Positions 46,599 to 55,861 of a stretch of 64,000 nt of DNA are shown one piece after another (position 1 is the stretch's first letter; each line of letters starts with the position of its first letter). Under the pieces are notes generated by a model. It ran no database searches and was not told where the DNA came from. It worked only from the letters and a program-made list of their open reading frames with translations. The stretch is from sequence record NC_021531.1, one strand, 5' to 3'. The translations under genes were made by a program, and so were the position numbers.

Positions 46599-48126
46599 TG
46601 TAGCGGTGTTGTATACGGACGGTAGCCATTTCCCTGACCCGCATGGGTCAGGTGCAGGCATCTTCGCGTACACCATCGACAAACTGGATGAAGGGTTTGC
46701 TGAGGGTTACAGTTTCCCGGGCATCCCTGAGGCTATCACGTCGGAAGGCTTTAAGCCAATGACCGTCTCTGACCCGAAACCTCTGTTGCCTGAAGGTCGG
46801 GTGAAGTTTTACGAGGCGGTAATTCCGGTGCGTCCCTCTTCTGCGCAGGTGGGTGAACTCGTTGCCTTCATTGCCGCGTTCGACGTTACCCCCTTCAAGG
46901 CGAAGAAATACATTATCTACGCCGATTCCAATTACATGATTAACACGGTCACGGATTGGATTTGGGGCTGGGAACGTAAAGGCTGGATGCGAGCGGACGG
47001 TACGCCGTGTGCAAACCTCGATTTACTCAAACGCATGATTACGATTCTGCGGGCGATTAAAGAGCAGGGTATCACGTTGATAGTGAGAAAAATCAAAGCG
47101 CACAACGGGCACTTTGGTAATGAAGCTGCGGATAAGTTGGCGAAGCAAGGTGCTGCTGCATCTGCATTAACCAACGAACACAACTTCACTCCGTTCTGGC
47201 GTGAGATTTATAACGAAGCGCCGGAAGACGAGGAAACGCCGGAGGTCTTCCAGAAACCGGAACTCCCGGGCGGCGGTATGGATATCACGTCACTGCCATC
47301 GATAATGTCGCACAAGTGGCATTACCTGCTGTCGGATGAAGAAATCCCGAGCATGACGCTCGCTAACGGCGAACGTTGGGAGTACGTTCTGTCTGGCCAC
47401 CACGCGAAAGACAAGAACGACTTGGTTCTGGTCGGTAAGTTCTTGCCGGACGCGATGTTCTCCGTGACGATGCACCGTGAAGCGCCGCGTAACTTGAAGT
47501 TCATCGTTGATGAGCATGCAAGACGTGCGTGGGAAGGTGTGCCGATGCTGAAACAGTATCGTGCCGTCACCATGATTAACGGCGATTACCTCAAACGTAA
47601 GAAGTTCGTTGAGGCAGCTAAGGACGGATTGCCGGTTGACCAGATGACGTTTAAGTCTGACGGTAACGCGTGGATGTTTGAAGACACCTGTATCAGTTAC
47701 ATGTTACGACCGGCTCTGCTTTCTTATCGGGCGCTGGAGATTCGCGATGAGCTGGCACAGATGTTGAAGGATGTTGTCGAAGGACATTCGAGTGTGGTCT
47801 TTAATGACATCACCGATAAGTTCTTCGATGAGGAACACAAACCGAGAAAGGACTACTACCGTAACGTAGACCGCAGCATTAAGATTGCGGTTAACTACCC
47901 GGGTAGCGAAAAGCCTATTGACGTGATTCTTTCACGTAGCATAGACATACCTTCTCGTACCGAGCTTAATCGCATTTATGAACCGGGCGGACGATTCGGT
48001 GTTGCGACGTGGCGACGGGACACACATTTAACTGTCTATGCTCTGGTGTATTTGGGCAAAGACGCACACGGCTTATGGATGGGATACTACAGCGCTAAAC
48101 GTATCCTGACGTTAGAACAAATTTAA
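46585..48126 (+). CDS. rnhA: Ribonuclease HI with long C-terminal extension
   Basis: YTDGS, QVGELVA, YADSNY, KAHNGHFGNEAADKLA. Confidence 0.9.
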   Translation: MEQADVAVLYTDGSHFPDPHGSGAGIFAYTIDKLDEGFAEGYSFPGIPEAITSEGFKPMTVSDPKPLLPEGRVKFYEAVIPVRPSSAQVGELVAFIAAFDVTPFKAKKYIIYADSNYMINTVTDWIWGWERKGWMRADGTPCANLDLLKRMITILRAIKEQGITLIVRKIKAHNGHFGNEAADKLAKQGAAASALTNEHNFTPFWREIYNEAPEDEETPEVFQKPELPGGGMDITSLPSIMSHKWHYLLSDEEIPSMTLANGERWEYVLSGHHAKDKNDLVLVGKFLPDAMFSVTMHREAPRNLKFIVDEHARRAWEGVPMLKQYRAVTMINGDYLKRKKFVEAAKDGLPVDQMTFKSDGNAWMFEDTCISYMLRPALLSYRALEIRDELAQMLKDVVEGHSSVVFNDITDKFFDEEHKPRKDYYRNVDRSIKIAVNYPGSEKPIDVILSRSIDIPSRTELNRIYEPGGRFGVATWRRDTHLTVYALVYLGKDAHGLWMGYYSAKRILTLEQI

Positions 48127-48144
48127 AATATATGTTATCGCGTG
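48127..48144 (+). promoter_or_regulatory. Early promoter-like motif
   Basis: AATATATGTTATCGCGTG followed by a GAGGAG SD. Confidence 0.5.
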
Positions 48145-48168
48145 ATACCAAAATGAGGAGTATTTGCA

Positions 48169-48945
48169 ATGCAAGTAGTAATGAGTTATGAATTGTCGAA
48201 ACTGAATGTTGAGTTTCGCAGCCTTTTAATGAAACACCTCATCACGCGATACTTTGAGGAGAACAAAATCCCGGACGTTTGGGCCGAGGAAAGCGAAGTC
48301 ATTATTGAAGAGCTGGACATTCCGGCTCAGTTGGTTATCAGTCGTCTGTTTGGCGGTTGGTTGGACGCAGTGGTCAACCACGTCAATCAGGGTACGCCGC
48401 TTAGCGCAGAAGAGCTGGTCGAGTACCCCCACCAGATGGACGACCTCTACGACTCGTACAGTTTCGAGTCTGAGAAAGAATACCACCGGGACTTCTCCGG
48501 TTACATGGACCAGACCGCGTGGGAATTCATGGCCAAAGCTGCCGAGTATCTGACCGAGGATGAGATGCTCGCGACGATTCACGAGTTGCTTTCAAGCATC
48601 GGTGCAGAAATCTACGGCACCTTCAAAGCGCTATCGTTGGGAAAAGTTGTCGGTCTGTGGCACTCAATGGAAAATTACGAGCAGCTTATCTGGCAAGGTA
48701 AGCCGGTGCTGTTCGCCATTGAAGCCGATGACTACGAGGTTCTGTATACAGGGCCGAAATCTGAGGAGTTCGCAGGTTCAGAAGAATCTAAGGTCACCAC
48801 GGGGCCGGGAGAATATTTCTATCTGTGGAACGGCAAACTCATCACGTACGGTAACCGCATCGTGAAAATCCCAGCTGGCGATACCATTCAAGTCTGCGAA
48901 CTGAAAGACGATGTGGTATCCAAAATCGAAAGGGCTTCTGAATGA
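48169..48945 (+). CDS. Acidic hypothetical protein (paralog of the next gene)
   Basis: 258 aa, D/E-rich. Confidence 0.75.
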   Translation: MQVVMSYELSKLNVEFRSLLMKHLITRYFEENKIPDVWAEESEVIIEELDIPAQLVISRLFGGWLDAVVNHVNQGTPLSAEELVEYPHQMDDLYDSYSFESEKEYHRDFSGYMDQTAWEFMAKAAEYLTEDEMLATIHELLSSIGAEIYGTFKALSLGKVVGLWHSMENYEQLIWQGKPVLFAIEADDYEVLYTGPKSEEFAGSEESKVTTGPGEYFYLWNGKLITYGNRIVKIPAGDTIQVCELKDDVVSKIERASE

Positions 48946-49748
48946 AGAAAGTCATCAGTGGCGTAATCACTTCCCTCAAAACTTCCATTCGTAATGAGTG
49001 GGATACGTGGTGGGAAAGTGAATTCAGCGTGGCAACACCTGAGCATTATCGACCGTACGTTGAGGGTATCAACATCTCCGGCCAGTTAAGTATCGAGCAG
49101 GTGAAGTCCCTGCCGTACTGGACGATGGCGAACGACGCGGTGCAGGAGTTCCAGAAACGTCTGTTCGAAGCGCTGTTCAAAGAGTATAACTTGCGGGACA
49201 CCTACGACCATTCGCATTTCATGCATGTGCTGTTGGATGTGTTCGGTGAAACGTGGGATAACGACCTGCAAGTGCTGCTCGACAAAGTGGATACCCACGA
49301 GTGGGAACACCGTGATGCGTGTGACGTGTTCGTTAAGAACATGATTACCACGTTCATGGACCAGCTTGTGGAAATCATGACGTCAGAGTGGTCTGAGGCG
49401 TTCTACTTCGGCTTCTTTGAAGAGATGGATGGGATTGAGGAAAGTCTGCCAGCGTTGGGTATCACACCACTGGTCGACCTGGCCGATTTCTCTGCTGACC
49501 CACAAAGTCGTATCTGCATCATTGAGAGCGACGATGTGTCTTACGAAGCCATTAAGACGTGGGACGGTTCACAAGACGTAATCGAATGGTTACGTCAGGG
49601 GCTGGAGAACGCGCATTTGCAACGCATCATCTGGCTGGTTAATGGGCAAGTCGAACTCGACATGGCTCACCGTACGCTGAACACTGGCGACATTATTAAG
49701 AAGTGCCTGTTAAAATTAGGAGCAAACCCAAGTGCAGTTAATCATTGA
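48942..49748 (+). CDS. Acidic hypothetical protein
   Basis: 268 aa, D/E-rich, ATGA coupling. Confidence 0.75.
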   Translation: MKKVISGVITSLKTSIRNEWDTWWESEFSVATPEHYRPYVEGINISGQLSIEQVKSLPYWTMANDAVQEFQKRLFEALFKEYNLRDTYDHSHFMHVLLDVFGETWDNDLQVLLDKVDTHEWEHRDACDVFVKNMITTFMDQLVEIMTSEWSEAFYFGFFEEMDGIEESLPALGITPLVDLADFSADPQSRICIIESDDVSYEAIKTWDGSQDVIEWLRQGLENAHLQRIIWLVNGQVELDMAHRTLNTGDIIKKCLLKLGANPSAVNH

Positions 49749-50265
49749 TTTTCGTAATAGTGACGTATCCGACGCGCTCCGCAATCTGAGCAACGGCATG
49801 AAAACCAATGTTATGCTTCTTATCGAAGAGGCATTGGGCATGACGGAAATCAAGTTGTCGGTTGACACGGGTAACGATCATGTGTTTATCAACAACGCTA
49901 ATTTGGCTGATATCGTGGAAGATGTCATCACCCGCGAACTGCAACGCATCTTCGGGCAAGCGGTAACGATTAACACCGGTAATTTCAACGACGTGTCTGA
50001 GTTCCTCGAACTATGCTCACAACGTTTCGGTGAAATCTTTAACCGACTGGTTACCGAAGCACAGGCCACCGAACTGACAGCCAAAATGTTGGTCGACGGT
50101 CAGGCGGCAGGCGACTTCAAAGATACCTTGACCAATCTGGTGCCAGCGGAAACGTGGGCGGGGATTGAGAAAGAATTCGATGAAGGCCGTCAGCAAGCTC
50201 TCCGTATAATGCGTACATCGCTGGAAAGTTTGATGGCATCACTCGAACCGGGGTCAGTCATGTAA
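49732..50265 (+). CDS. Hypothetical protein
   Basis: 177 aa, GTG start with an AGGAG SD. Confidence 0.7.
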   Translation: MQLIIDFRNSDVSDALRNLSNGMKTNVMLLIEEALGMTEIKLSVDTGNDHVFINNANLADIVEDVITRELQRIFGQAVTINTGNFNDVSEFLELCSQRFGEIFNRLVTEAQATELTAKMLVDGQAAGDFKDTLTNLVPAETWAGIEKEFDEGRQQALRIMRTSLESLMASLEPGSVM

Positions 50266-50275
50266 GGAGTGGCGT

Positions 50276-51103
50276 ATGCAATACGTCTTCTCGTTAGATT
50301 ACAACCAGCTCTCTATTCCCAACCGTCGTCATCTTCGCAATGCAGTGGCTCGCTTACGGCGAGCTGTTGCTTCGGGGATTGTGCTCAGTCATGGGAAAGG
50401 TCAGTGGAAAGGATGCAGTAAAGCAGTTGCTTGTCAAATGGCCGGTGAGGTTAAACCTCACTTAACAAAAACTCACACCGTTGAAATTAAACGCGTGGGG
50501 ACAGCGGAAGCGGTCTTTAAAATCCTGCGCGACGCTGCTAACCTTGAAGTCGTATTGCCTGACAATATCCAATTAGATGAAAAGACTGTACACGGTCTCT
50601 CGCCCGAAGCGAAAGGTCGTATGCAGGGTGCTTGGCACTACTTTCGTGATACCGTGAAATGGATTACGGAAGATGAGCTGCATGAGCAAGCTGAACGGAT
50701 ATACGGTCAGTTGATTGCCAAGAAAAATAAGAAACTGCCTACTACCCTCACGGGTAGTAGGTCGGTTTTATGCTTTATCTTTTTTTGCCAGCGTTTTGAT
50801 TTGGTCAGTAGTGGCGTTGATGCAGTTAGTCATCTCGTCAATCTGACGCATGAACAGGCCGAGCAGCTGAACCCACGCATCACACATGTCAACCAGTTTA
50901 ACCAGCTCTTTCGACACGTTCGGGTTCACATCCGCTTCACTGATAATCTCGCACGAGCCAGAGATAGACTCGACCAGACCCAGAGTGTCTTTACGCATCG
51001 ACTTAGAGATGGAGTCACGCAGTGCCTTAGCGCGGTGGAACGTGGATTCCAGTTCGCTGGCCGAGCGGTAAGTTTTCTCGAAGGCGCGTTGGTCAATTGC
51101 TGA
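50276..51103 (+). CDS. Hypothetical protein; probable true end near 50730 (in-frame stop absent)
   Basis: SD AAGGAG. The first ~150 aa look genuine; the frame then runs through a terminator and 336 nt into an antisense gene. Confidence 0.5.
   Translation: MQYVFSLDYNQLSIPNRRHLRNAVARLRRAVASGIVLSHGKGQWKGCSKAVACQMAGEVKPHLTKTHTVEIKRVGTAEAVFKILRDAANLEVVLPDNIQLDEKTVHGLSPEAKGRMQGAWHYFRDTVKWITEDELHEQAERIYGQLIAKKNKKLPTTLTGSRSVLCFIFFCQRFDLVSSGVDAVSHLVNLTHEQAEQLNPRITHVNQFNQLFRHVRVHIRFTDNLARARDRLDQTQSVFTHRLRDGVTQCLSAVERGFQFAGRAVSFLEGALVNC
50721..50785. terminator. Bidirectional terminator
   Basis: Perfect 10-bp stem CCTACTACCC-tcac-GGGTAGTAGG (50738-50761) with flanking A- and T-rich tracts. Confidence 0.8.
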
Positions 51104-51529
51104 CGCAATATAGTTCTTCGAGAGTTTGCTAACGAGATCGTCAGGGTTAACATTAGACAGTGGGTATTTGAAACCTGACATGCGAAACGCTACGGGAACC
51201 GTTAACATAGCCGGTGCATTAGCCAGACCTGCCAGTTCGTTGTTAACGGGTTTCAACACACCGTCAACCACACCTTCCAGCACTTTCCACACATCTTCGA
51301 GTTGTTTGATGTGGTCAAACACAAACGCGTTAAAGCCCGGCGGTACCGGAACCTGCATACCAAGGAAGTTGGCGTACTGCTCGCGTTTAATCCATTTGCT
51401 GACTTCGTCGACATCGCTGTAAGTGGCCAGAACGACGTCGTCTTTGGTACCACTAAAAAAGCGTGGGACGATAGTGGTCACGTTACTGACCATGGTGGCC
51501 ATAGCTGGCCCGATGTCACGGATATTCAT
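50768..51529 (-). CDS. Hypothetical protein (possible late/virion protein)
   Basis: 253 aa, SD AAGGA, AGTATG motif upstream. Confidence 0.7.
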   Translation of the reverse strand: MNIRDIGPAMATMVSNVTTIVPRFFSGTKDDVVLATYSDVDEVSKWIKREQYANFLGMQVPVPPGFNAFVFDHIKQLEDVWKVLEGVVDGVLKPVNNELAGLANAPAMLTVPVAFRMSGFKYPLSNVNPDDLVSKLSKNYIASAIDQRAFEKTYRSASELESTFHRAKALRDSISKSMRKDTLGLVESISGSCEIISEADVNPNVSKELVKLVDMCDAWVQLLGLFMRQIDEMTNCINATTDQIKTLAKKDKA

Positions 51530-51631
51530 TGGTAATCCTTCGGTTAAGGGTCGGAATCATACTAAAGACACTTTTTACAACTTGACGATAAGATATGTAT
51601 AACTAACCCCAATAATTAATGGAGCACTACG

Positions 51632-53110
51632 ATGGCTGGTCCGAAGAAGGCTACTCAAGGTGAGGCTATTCGCCCACGTTTTAACATCTGGACTATTTTT
51701 GACCATGCGCTGGGCGAGTATGTGAAAGGCGAAGACGGCCTTTGGTACCTCAACGGCGGCTTTGGACACATCATGGGTTTCGCAGGTCGTGGTAACACTT
51801 TTAAATCCTTCCTGCTCGACTACTGCATCATGACCATTCTGCTCCGCTACCGCGCAGAGTGGGCATCGAAGTACGACACCGAAGTTTCTGCACAGCTTTC
51901 TCGTATGCAAACCGTGGTACGTTGTATCTGTAATGCCAACGGCTGGGAATATGACTACGCGGAACATGCCGTAGAAGTCCTGATGGAAAAAGGCTGCTTC
52001 AACATGCAGTCTTCCGACCTCGTGCCGGGCGAGCAGTGGTGGGCCGACTACATCCGTGATGAAGTTGAAGACCGCTACAAACAGTACATGGGTAAAAAGA
52101 ACCTGCGCGAAACGCCGTTCCCTGACCCGATTCGTAAAGAAAACAAAAAGATGCTCAACCCATGGGCATACGGTTGCGACTCGCTTTCCGAATGGAAAAC
52201 GTCCAAGATGGAAGATGCGCGTGACGACTCTAACGTGGGTGACTCTGAACAGAACGCCTTGGCTGCACAAGACGCTAAGCAGAAGTCAGACATGATGGGT
52301 CGTTGGCCAAACGCACTGGCGCGTGGACACTTCTACATGGGCTTCGTGGTTCACATCACGGATAACATGCAGATGGGTCGTATTGAACCGGGCAAAAAGC
52401 TCGATGAGTTCAAAGGCAACATCAAGTTTGCTAACGTGCCGGGTCGTGCTGTAACCTTCCTCACTAACTCCCTGCTGGTTGCCACTCACTCTGGTGACTG
52501 TAAACAGCCTAGCAGCTTCAACTCCAAAACCGGTGTTGAAGAGCCGATGTTCCCTTCTGCGAAACAGAAAGGGAAAAGCAGTTCCGTTAACGATTTGAAA
52601 ATCATCCGCTATACCCAGTTCCGTGCCAAGTCCGGCCCGACGGGTGTGAAGATGGACATGATCTACTCTCAGGAACTCGGATTCATGCCGCACCTGTCTC
52701 TGTGGTATTACTTGAAAGAAACCTTAACCGGTGATTTCGGGTTTACACGTTCGGGGCATTTCTATGAGCTTAGCCTGCTGCCGGGTGTGAAGTTTGGTCG
52801 TACGACTATCTTCGACATGGCGCTTGAGAACCGTCGTTTACAGCGTGCTTTGGAAATTACTGCGGGTCTGGCGTATATCCAGAATAACTGGTTCCGCTTA
52901 GAGCCTGAGTACCATATCACGCCGCAGGAGCTTTACGATAAGGTGAAGGAAGCCGGGTTTGACTGGGATGAAATCTTAGACAACACCGTAGAATATTGGC
53001 AGTTCAAAGACCAAGAGACCAAAACCTCAAAACGTTGCGTCACGGTAAAAACCTTGCTGGACATGGCGTTAAAAGGTCTGAAGCCAAAGTTCCTCACAGT
53101 GAAAAAATAA
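51632..53110 (+). CDS. uvsX: UvsX/RecA-like recombinase (jumbo-phage type)
   Basis: Walker A GRGNTFKS, Walker B-like YGCDSL, RAKSGPTG. Syntenic with RNase H and the RNAP fragment, as I recall for phiKZ-like phages. Confidence 0.75.
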   Translation: MAGPKKATQGEAIRPRFNIWTIFDHALGEYVKGEDGLWYLNGGFGHIMGFAGRGNTFKSFLLDYCIMTILLRYRAEWASKYDTEVSAQLSRMQTVVRCICNANGWEYDYAEHAVEVLMEKGCFNMQSSDLVPGEQWWADYIRDEVEDRYKQYMGKKNLRETPFPDPIRKENKKMLNPWAYGCDSLSEWKTSKMEDARDDSNVGDSEQNALAAQDAKQKSDMMGRWPNALARGHFYMGFVVHITDNMQMGRIEPGKKLDEFKGNIKFANVPGRAVTFLTNSLLVATHSGDCKQPSSFNSKTGVEEPMFPSAKQKGKSSSVNDLKIIRYTQFRAKSGPTGVKMDMIYSQELGFMPHLSLWYYLKETLTGDFGFTRSGHFYELSLLPGVKFGRTTIFDMALENRRLQRALEITAGLAYIQNNWFRLEPEYHITPQELYDKVKEAGFDWDEILDNTVEYWQFKDQETKTSKRCVTVKTLLDMALKGLKPKFLTVKK

Positions 53111-53119
53111 CTTTTGGTT

Positions 53120-53141
53120 GGGTAGGGGGAAACCCCTACCC
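53120..53141 (+). other. GAAA-tetraloop hairpin without U-tract
   Basis: GGGTAGGGG-GAAA-CCCCTACCC directly before the next SD. Confidence 0.6.
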
Positions 53142-53156
53142 TAAAGGACTTTAAAA

Positions 53157-53468
53157 ATGCGTTATCAAGATGTGGTAATTGAGCGCCTGCGTCAAGGTCT
53201 GGCTAGCGTTGACCACGGCATCGCGCAAACTTTTGTTGACGAGTGTAGCTCACCGGCGAGTTCTCTGTACGAGTTCTCCGACCGCGTTAATCGTCACTTC
53301 GCTGGGCTGTTACAAACGTGCGGGGTTAAACCTCAGCCACGTGACTTCGAAGTACCGGAAGACAATGACGCAATCCCGTACTGGATTGAGGATTTGGAAA
53401 ACCGGGTTCATCCTGTCCTGAAATCAACCCGAGGTAAGAAAGATGGCACTGAATCAACAGCTGCGTAG
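53157..53468 (+). CDS. Hypothetical protein
   Basis: 103 aa, SD AAAGGA. Confidence 0.7.
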   Translation: MRYQDVVIERLRQGLASVDHGIAQTFVDECSSPASSLYEFSDRVNRHFAGLLQTCGVKPQPRDFEVPEDNDAIPYWIEDLENRVHPVLKSTRGKKDGTESTAA

Positions 53469-54114
53469 AAAGGCAGAAGCCTACATCTATTCTATCCTCG
53501 ACGCAGTAGACCCGTCAGGCATTAACACAAAAGTGGCCAAGGAATGTATCCCGGCAATGTCTGACGAGAAATTCGTCGAGATGGCGAAGATGGGTATTCC
53601 GATTTACCAACCGGTTGGCGGGAAAACCAAAATCGACTACAAGAATAACATCAAAGTAGCCGAGAAGATGGGTATTCCTCTGTCAGAGAAACTCTGGCTG
53701 ACGGAACCGAAGACCGGGTTAACTCACCTTACCCGTCACCCTCATCTGGTACTGCTGTTGCCGATTCGTCGACAAACGCAGATGCTGGAAAAGAAAATGT
53801 CTGTGGCCAAACACGATAAGATTCGTGATAAGCTTACAGGTCAGGTGACCGGCCCGTCAAAAGCGTCGGGGATTTCCTTCCCGGAAGCGTACATCATTTA
53901 CTCGGATAAACTCGATGAGTCACTGCAGGAGTTCTTGCATGCTCGTGGGGGTAACGAGGCGGTGAACCGTGCCTTCTATCAGGCGCTGCGCATGACAGGT
54001 AAAGGTCGTATTCACATTCCGGGTGCAGAACGCACGTCAGCGAAGTCTACCCGTACGTGGGGTGCTTTCTATACGGCGATGCACATCGGTAACAACTTAG
54101 GACGTCCGCAATGA
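53443..54114 (+). CDS. Virion RNA polymerase beta subunit, C-terminal split fragment (phiKZ gp149-like)
   Basis: LPIRRQTQMLEKKMSV..DKLTGQVTGPSKASGISFPE..LQEFLHARGG parallels RpoB LKLNHLVDDK.HAR..LVTQQP.GGKA..GQR.GEME..LQEML.VKSD. Confidence 0.8.
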   Translation: MALNQQLRRKAEAYIYSILDAVDPSGINTKVAKECIPAMSDEKFVEMAKMGIPIYQPVGGKTKIDYKNNIKVAEKMGIPLSEKLWLTEPKTGLTHLTRHPHLVLLLPIRRQTQMLEKKMSVAKHDKIRDKLTGQVTGPSKASGISFPEAYIIYSDKLDESLQEFLHARGGNEAVNRAFYQALRMTGKGRIHIPGAERTSAKSTRTWGAFYTAMHIGNNLGRPQ

Positions 54115-54833
54115 TTTTTACGCGTCGGTGTTTAGTTGATGTTAGTTGTTTTTTAGATGACCGCATTGCGCTGGTCGCTGTACGCCATCCTGAACTGATG
54201 GAAAAGCTCGACTACGATGCGTACCGGTTACGCATTACGGAAGTATGGGCCAAAATTATTGGTATCGATAACTTCTTAGCGGAATACAAAACGCGGGATG
54301 TGTCGGTACTGAAAGCTGCGCTACCGACGCAATTTATCAAAGCGTTCCGTGAGCGTCTCGAGGAAGACCTGTTAGCGATTAAGCTGTCAGCGCCAATCGA
54401 ACGACCCACGTTAACAGTCAACCTCTATCCTTACAGCCACTTAAGCGTCCCCGAACGTAATGCGTTCAGAGAGGTGTTCAGTGAGCTGTTCCCGATGGTT
54501 CAGGTCAACGTGGTGTGTATCTCGTTAGATGACTTAACACCCGAATACCTTCGCTCGAACTGGGATAGTTGGTTCACGTACGATTTTTATCCGTGGCTTG
54601 AGATAAACGCTAAGCGGTTATCCACACGCATTCCACGGTTTGTGATTCATCGTCCGGGTATCCTTACCGATGAGCTTACCCCAGAGACGATTGAAGCGAT
54701 TAAGCGAGATAAGGCCGATCCGTTTGCAGAGTCAAAAAAATTCCTTGCCGAGTACGTAGCTGTTGAAACGCTCAAAGCTGAGCTTTTCTGCCACGTACCC
54801 GGTTTGGACATTATGCCGAAACGTCAGATTTAA
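54111..54833 (+). CDS. Hypothetical protein (conserved next to the RNAP fragment)
   Basis: 240 aa, ATGA coupling. Confidence 0.7.
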   Translation: MIFTRRCLVDVSCFLDDRIALVAVRHPELMEKLDYDAYRLRITEVWAKIIGIDNFLAEYKTRDVSVLKAALPTQFIKAFRERLEEDLLAIKLSAPIERPTLTVNLYPYSHLSVPERNAFREVFSELFPMVQVNVVCISLDDLTPEYLRSNWDSWFTYDFYPWLEINAKRLSTRIPRFVIHRPGILTDELTPETIEAIKRDKADPFAESKKFLAEYVAVETLKAELFCHVPGLDIMPKRQI

Positions 54834-55278
54834 TCTTACTGAATTCGTTGTTCATGATTTCTTCAACGTCAATCGTTTCACCCACGGAGGAGAGTTCCCC
54901 GTCGATGTGATTGGCGGCAGGGATATCAGGAATTTCTGGGTGGTAATCAGCGTTGTTTTCTGGCGGTTCATCATGCCGTGCAATCTTCGCGCCCAGTCGT
55001 TCAGTGAGTACCTGATTAATTGCGTTAGCCAAGTCGCCCATTTTCTCGGACGATTTTTCTTGAGCAGCAATACGGCGGCGGTTTGTCACCTGTGTGTCAA
55101 TACCAGACAGCATTTTGTTCAGGCTATTGATTTCGTCTTTGTCCAGATTTGCAGCTGGCTTAGACATAATGGCATCAGCCACGGTGACACGTATCCGCTG
55201 GGTATGGCGCTCTAGCGCAACATCGTCGGCAATATCACCATCAAAGCTCTGATGCGACAGCTTTACATCCTCGCTCAT
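54811..55278 (-). CDS. Hypothetical protein
   Basis: Start MSEDV (55278) with a GAGG SD. Confidence 0.7.
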   Translation of the reverse strand: MSEDVKLSHQSFDGDIADDVALERHTQRIRVTVADAIMSKPAANLDKDEINSLNKMLSGIDTQVTNRRRIAAQEKSSEKMGDLANAINQVLTERLGAKIARHDEPPENNADYHPEIPDIPAANHIDGELSSVGETIDVEEIMNNEFSKIKSDVSA

Positions 55279-55302
55279 ACAGTACCTCTCTAAAAGGAAA
55301 CG

Positions 55303-55321
55303 GATATATGTTATCAATGTG
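55303..55321 (+). promoter_or_regulatory. Early promoter-like motif overlapping the annotated start
   Basis: GATATATGTTATCAATGTG. Confidence 0.4.
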
Positions 55322-55829
55322 CATGGGGTGGTTTAAAAAGCGTCTCTATAAACGTCGTAGAGAGCAGCTGTTAGCCACGTTTCATAAGAACAGTAACAAT
55401 CTATACCTGCACGTGATTACTGGCTTAGAACTGCTTACAGAGCCGTTAGAATTTGAATCGGAAAACTACATTCCCTTGTCGCTATTCGGCAACGTCGATA
55501 GTAGCGTTCCGCAATTCGACATTCTGCGTCAACGGCTCGAATGGCATTTAGAAAACTTTGAAAGGGTTATACGAGGAGGCGAATACCGGAACCTGCCTGA
55601 AGCGCTGTCGCGCAAAAACGATATGCCCCTGCCACGGTGGAAGGACCAGTTCTTCCTGACCACCAATTCCGATAATGTCCGTCGGCAACTGGCAGTTATT
55701 AGAGAACTTCTCGTCACGTACGAAGCTGTCTATGTACAGCGTCAGACGCGTCAGGAAGAAGATGTGTTGTGGCGACAAACCCAACCCGTCTTACGCGAGT
55801 TAGAGATCATAGTGGAGCACTTTCTCTAA
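55308..55829 (+). CDS. Hypothetical protein
   Basis: 173 aa (alternative start MGWFKK at 55323). Confidence 0.7.
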   Translation: MLSMCMGWFKKRLYKRRREQLLATFHKNSNNLYLHVITGLELLTEPLEFESENYIPLSLFGNVDSSVPQFDILRQRLEWHLENFERVIRGGEYRNLPEALSRKNDMPLPRWKDQFFLTTNSDNVRRQLAVIRELLVTYEAVYVQRQTRQEEDVLWRQTQPVLRELEIIVEHFL

Positions 55830-55861
55830 CATCACCGCCAACCTTGGAGCAAGGATGGAAA

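Noticed and set aside
51575-52270. 231-aa minus-strand ORF
   Set aside because: Antisense shadow of uvsX with unnatural composition.
51632-54114. Intein or intron in uvsX or the RNAP fragment
   Set aside because: No C/S...HN splice motifs, LAGLIDADG/HNH motifs or frame breaks seen.
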